Shown here in pieces: positions 59,836 through 64,000 of a stretch of 64,000 bases of DNA. A program made the translations under genes and the position numbers. The notes below the pieces were generated by a model. That model searched no databases, was not told where the DNA came from, and saw only the letters and a program-made list of their open reading frames with translations. Source of the DNA: Gloeobacterales cyanobacterium (GTDB lineage Bacteria > Cyanobacteriota > Cyanobacteriia > Gloeobacterales > PMM-0068); assembly GCA_038245785.1 (NCBI GenBank), contig JBBRSB010000025.1, positions 1 to 64,000 of the forward strand, read 5' to 3'. How positions within the stretch are numbered: the stretch's first letter is position 1; every line of letters begins with the position of its first letter.

Positions 59836-61590
59836 TTATTTCAACAGATGCAAATCTTCACACGCGACACAAAACCCAGGGCCAATATCGTCGATATTCG
59901 AGTGTTGGTAACTTCGATAATATACATCTTTAGGCACTTTGGCTTTAACAACGTCATCCAAATCAGGATAACGTTGCCTGAATTTTTCAGCTCCCTCCTG
60001 TGTTTCAAAGAACCACTTGTCCTGCATTGAGCGACCATTAGGATCAGGTCGATACCCGTGATTCGCTATGTCGTTAGCTTCAGCTTTCGATACCGCTCGA
60101 TAACCATCTACAATATCTCCTACCTTTGCAGCCTTACCTAATCCTCCTGCACCCTCAGTAACAGTAGCAGCTCTTACTGCACCTAACCCTGTTGTAACTG
60201 CTACCGCTAACGTTGCTCCAGCTGCGGCGGCCAAACCCACTTCTCCCCAGTGAATGCAATCAAACCTGCCACCGTTCCTGTGGAGCTGCCACACTCCATC
60301 GATTAAAGCACCGGCTGCAGCACCCCCGAGAAGCGGAGCCCAAATCTCACCACTAGGATCGGTGCGACTAATCGGATTATTCCCGACATAAGCTTGTAGG
60401 TTGGTATCGCCCCCACCAAATCCTAGTGGGTCTTCAGAAATAAACCGCTTTTGGTCAGGACTGTAATATCTTGCCCGATAGAAGTAATAGCCATTGCCAT
60501 CATCTTCCCGACCTGTGAAAGCAAAGGGATTACCGCTTGTAGTTCCAGTGGTCTGTTTTTTACCGAAAGGACTGTAGTTATAGCTAGTCTTGATAACGCC
60601 AGTGGGGTCGGTCAGACCAATAATACTGCCCAAAGCATCCGACAGATAATACTCGTTCTGACTAGATTTCCTTTCTAAGGGCTGGTCAATTCCAGGACCA
60701 AAAGTATAATCAGCTCCTGTCTCACTGATAAGGTCATCACCGTCATAGAGATAGGTTTTAGTTTGTCCATTGACCGTTTTACTGGTTCTGCGACCCATCA
60801 CATCGTAGGTAAAGGAAGCTGTAAACCCAGGACCACTCAAAGAAACCAATCGGTCCCTAGCATCCCAAACCGCATTATTGATTTTCTGGTTACCATTCTC
60901 ATCATGGCTAATCAACTTTCCATTCAAACTGGTATAGCGATTGGAAGCATCGACGGTAGTCGTATTCGTTGCCGTCTCTTGCGGTTCAGGAGCGGTATTG
61001 CCTGAATAGGAGGTTCTACGGTTTATCTCGTCATAGCCGTAGACCAAATCTCTGAGGACAGTGCTGCCTTTGCTATACTTCATCTCCGTCAAACGACCCG
61101 CCGCATCGTAGTTATAGGCTGCACTGACCCCGTTGGGTAAAGTCATTCCCGTTCTACGGTCTAAAGCATCATAATTAAATCCAAATGTCTCAGAACCTTC
61201 TGTGATTGCTGTCAAGCGGTCATTATCGTCATAAGAGTAGTTCAGAGTTCTCTGGTTATTTACCTTCAGGCTGGTTCTACGACCCAATATATCGTAGGCG
61301 TAGTTAACCGTTCCTCTAGGATTTGTCTCTTGAGTCAATCGGTCTAGGATGTCATAAGTAAAATTATGCTGGCCAGCTCCAGGTGCCGTATCATTCAAAC
61401 TAATGAGGCGGTCTTCATCATCATAAGTATTGCTGACCACTTTTCCATCAGCATAAGTATTGCTGACTAATCTATCGTTCGCATCATATTGATAGGTCGT
61501 TACCTGTCCTTTACGGTCATAGTCATAGCGAGTCACATTGCCCGCTGGGTCTGTTACAGAAAGCAGATTGCTATTGGCAGCATAGGCATA
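59836..61590 (-). CDS. Orphan Rhs module with C-terminal toxin
   Basis: YD repeats and NPISRTDPSG; tip YRAVSKAE..DI..KWFFET. Confidence 0.85.
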   Translation of the reverse strand, partial: YAYAANSNLLSVTDPAGNVTRYDYDRKGQVTTYQYDANDRLVSNTYADGKVVSNTYDDEDRLISLNDTAPGAGQHNFTYDILDRLTQETNPRGTVNYAYDILGRRTSLKVNNQRTLNYSYDDNDRLTAITEGSETFGFNYDALDRRTGMTLPNGVSAAYNYDAAGRLTEMKYSKGSTVLRDLVYGYDEINRRTSYSGNTAPEPQETATNTTTVDASNRYTSLNGKLISHDENGNQKINNAVWDARDRLVSLSGPGFTASFTYDVMGRRTSKTVNGQTKTYLYDGDDLISETGADYTFGPGIDQPLERKSSQNEYYLSDALGSIIGLTDPTGVIKTSYNYSPFGKKQTTGTTSGNPFAFTGREDDGNGYYFYRARYYSPDQKRFISEDPLGFGGGDTNLQAYVGNNPISRTDPSGEIWAPLLGGAAAGALIDGVWQLHRNGGRFDCIHWGEVGLAAAAGATLAVAVTTGLGAVRAATVTEGAGGLGKAAKVGDIVDGYRAVSKAEANDIANHGYRPDPNGRSMQDKWFFETQEGAEKFRQRYPDLDDVVKAKVPKDVYYRSYQHSNIDDIGPGFCVACEDLHLLK

Positions 61591-61605
61591 CTTGGTGACT
61601 CTCCC

Positions 61606-61971
61606 TTAAGCCTCATCATAAAGTTTGAAAGATATATTAATTATATTCATTAACTGAACTTCATAAATCCGTAGAAAGCTTTTCCCCTCATTAAATAAGA
61701 TACCCATTTCAAAGCTATCTAACTTTTCATCGATTTCATCAACAATACTAAAAACACCATCATTTATAGTTTCTTCCAAAAAAGAAAATATTTCTCTTAA
61801 ATCATTAGGCAGATCATCAAATGTTAAATCACCTTGATATCGGGAGTTGGACAGTTCACTAACTAAAATTCTTCCAAAAAGCTTACCTTGGCTGCCAACT
61901 AATGAAATCTCTTGCCCAATGATCCTATTCTTATCAGGCTTTTCATGAAATGTACTCATTTCAATGTCCAT
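61606..61971 (-). CDS. Putative immunity protein
   Basis: AT-rich acidic ORF overlapping the stop of an Rhs tip. Confidence 0.65.
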   Translation of the reverse strand: MDIEMSTFHEKPDKNRIIGQEISLVGSQGKLFGRILVSELSNSRYQGDLTFDDLPNDLREIFSFLEETINDGVFSIVDEIDEKLDSFEMGILFNEGKSFLRIYEVQLMNIINISFKLYDEA

Positions 61972-64000
61972 AGGTAACTACAAAAGCCTTTTTCAGCCTT
62001 TCGATATTGGCAGGAGTAAAACCACGTACTCCGTTAGGGTGAATTATTCTTCCGTGATTAGGGAGACCTTTCGTAGGACAGGGAAATAAATCAAAACCAG
62101 CATCCCGAATAGCTCTGACATCAGCAGTGCCGACGGTCTTGGCTAATTCATGCAATCTAGTAGCATTGGGGTAAGTCGCTCGCATTTGATCTGCGGCTTG
62201 CTGAGGTGTTCCTCCAATTAAGACAGAAAAGCCTGGCGGTTTCAACCCCATTTCTGTAGGTGTAGGCGTCAATCTTTCAGTGCTAGCTCCTCCCATTCGG
62301 TGTACAACGATATTATTTCCATCATCATCACGCTTTACTGGGATTGGAGCTAGGCGAGGTTCTGGGTTTGATCTAGGAGCATAGTTTCCTACTTGACCTG
62401 GTACTCCAGCTCTAGTAGAGTCAACGGGATCATATCCATAGTTAGGAGCCTGTCCACTTGGATCTGTAAAGTCAATCGGATTATTGCCTACATACGCCTG
62501 AAGGTTGGTATCCCCACCCCCAAACCCTAGAGGATCTTCTGCAATGAATCGCTTTTGGTCAGGATTGTAATACCGAGCCCGATAGTAGTAGTAACCTGTC
62601 CCATCATCTTCTCTGCCTGTGAAAGTGAAGGGATTACTACTGCTACTTCCGGTAGTCTGTTTCTTACCAAAGGGACTGTAGTTATAACTGGTCTTAACGG
62701 TCCCAGTGTCATCTGCTAACCCAATGACACTGCCTAGAGCATCGGCAAGATAATATTCATTCTGTCCAGACTTTCTTTCCAAGGGCTGGTCAATTCCAGG
62801 GCCAAAGGTATAGTCTGCCCCTGTTTCACTGATTAGATCTGATCCGTCATATAGGTAGGTTTTAGTCTGTCCATTGACTGTTTTGCTGGTCCTTCTACCC
62901 ATCGCATCGTAGGTAAAGGAAGCTGTGAAGTTAGGTCCTGATAGAGAGATCAATCGGTCTCTGGCATCCCAAACTGCATTATTGATAGTCTGGTTAGCAT
63001 TGTCATCATGACTGACAGGCTTACCATTCCGAGAGGTGTATTGATTGAGCGCATTGACGGTGGCTGTATCGGTTGCCGTATCTCTGGGAGCAGGAGCCGT
63101 ATTTCCTGAATAAGCAGTCCGTCTGTTGATCTCGTCATAGCCATAGACCAAATCTCTTAGGACTTGGGAGCCTTTGCTGTACTTCATCCCCGTCAATCGG
63201 CCAGCTGCATCATAGCTATAGGCAGCACTGATTCCATTGGGTAAGGTCATCCCCGCTCTACGGTCTAATTGGTCATAGCTGAAGCCAAAGGTCGCATTGC
63301 CCTCTGTAATTGTGGTCAGTCGGTCGTTATCGTCATAAGAGTAGTTCAGTGTTCTCTGATTATTTATCTTCAAACTCGTTCTTCTACCTAGAATATCGTA
63401 GGCATAACTGACCGTTCCTCTAGGGGTACTTTCTTTGGTCAGTCTATCCAATAGGTCATAGGTAAAGTTATGCTGTCCTGCTCCAGATGCTGTGTCATTT
63501 AAACTAACTAAACGGTCTTCATCATCATAGGTATTGGTAACAATTTTCCCATCGTTGTAGGTAGTACTGACCAACCTATCATTTGCATCATACTGATAAG
63601 TTGTCACCTGCCCTTTGCGGTCGGTAGCTTTAACTAAATTGTCATTGCTATCATACTGATAGGTTGCTACTTTCCCTGAAGCATCAGTCCGCTTAATTAA
63701 TCTATCCTTATTGTCATAGTCATAACGAGTGACATTGCCTGCAGGGTCCGTTACAGAAAACAGATTACTGTTCGCATCATAGGCATACTTGATAATTCTT
63801 CCTTCTCCAGAAGTTGCCTGAGTCATGCGGTCTAGGATGTCATATTGATACTGCACCACATGCCCTAACGCATTGGTCGCTTTCGTCATCCGGTTCAAAA
63901 TGTCATAGTTAAAACTGGTGCTATGATTCAGTGCATCCGTGACCTTGAGGACATTCCCGCGCTCGTCATAGGCCATCGTCGCTGTTTCATTCCGGGCATT
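61961..64000 (-). CDS. Rhs/YD-repeat toxin, 5' part beyond the window
   Basis: YD repeats and NPIDFTDPSG; tip VHRMGG..GFSV..NHGRI. Confidence 0.88.
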   Translation of the reverse strand, partial: NARNETATMAYDERGNVLKVTDALNHSTSFNYDILNRMTKATNALGHVVQYQYDILDRMTQATSGEGRIIKYAYDANSNLFSVTDPAGNVTRYDYDNKDRLIKRTDASGKVATYQYDSNDNLVKATDRKGQVTTYQYDANDRLVSTTYNDGKIVTNTYDDEDRLVSLNDTASGAGQHNFTYDLLDRLTKESTPRGTVSYAYDILGRRTSLKINNQRTLNYSYDDNDRLTTITEGNATFGFSYDQLDRRAGMTLPNGISAAYSYDAAGRLTGMKYSKGSQVLRDLVYGYDEINRRTAYSGNTAPAPRDTATDTATVNALNQYTSRNGKPVSHDDNANQTINNAVWDARDRLISLSGPNFTASFTYDAMGRRTSKTVNGQTKTYLYDGSDLISETGADYTFGPGIDQPLERKSGQNEYYLADALGSVIGLADDTGTVKTSYNYSPFGKKQTTGSSSSNPFTFTGREDDGTGYYYYRARYYNPDQKRFIAEDPLGFGGGDTNLQAYVGNNPIDFTDPSGQAPNYGYDPVDSTRAGVPGQVGNYAPRSNPEPRLAPIPVKRDDDGNNIVVHRMGGASTERLTPTPTEMGLKPPGFSVLIGGTPQQAADQMRATYPNATRLHELAKTVGTADVRAIRDAGFDLFPCPTKGLPNHGRIIHPNGVRGFTPANIERLKKAFVVTYGH

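Noticed and set aside
49990..64000. Diversity-generating retroelement (repeat pairs)
   Set aside because: There is no reverse transcriptase, and differences between Rhs copies look largely synonymous rather than adenine-specific

Overview
This window looks like part of a large cyanobacterial plasmid or plasmid-like element. The evidence is a CyRepA1-like primase/helicase, an iteron array with a second Rep-like gene, a ParA/ParG-type partition locus with centromere-like repeats, and Rpn/DUF4351 and Uma2 genes. From left to right it contains: (1) an XRE-controlled leading-region-like operon (DUF932, a degenerate CobA-like gene, ssb); (2) a cyclase-less CBASS-like operon (metallo-beta-lactamase-fold protein ending in Gly, E2-E1-JAB fusion, patatin) inside a block bounded by repeated dif-like sites; (3) a 16.5-kb DISARM/Druantia-like operon (SNF2, N6-adenine methyltransferase, giant DUF1998 helicase-nuclease, RelE-UvrD); (4) partition and replication genes; (5) a small integron-type cassette array (attI-like site, two cassettes, two attC sites) next to a tyrosine recombinase that lacks the IntI-specific insertion; (6) a long Rhs orphan toxin/immunity array running off the right edge. 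All calls come from reading motifs by eye, and no database searches were run.
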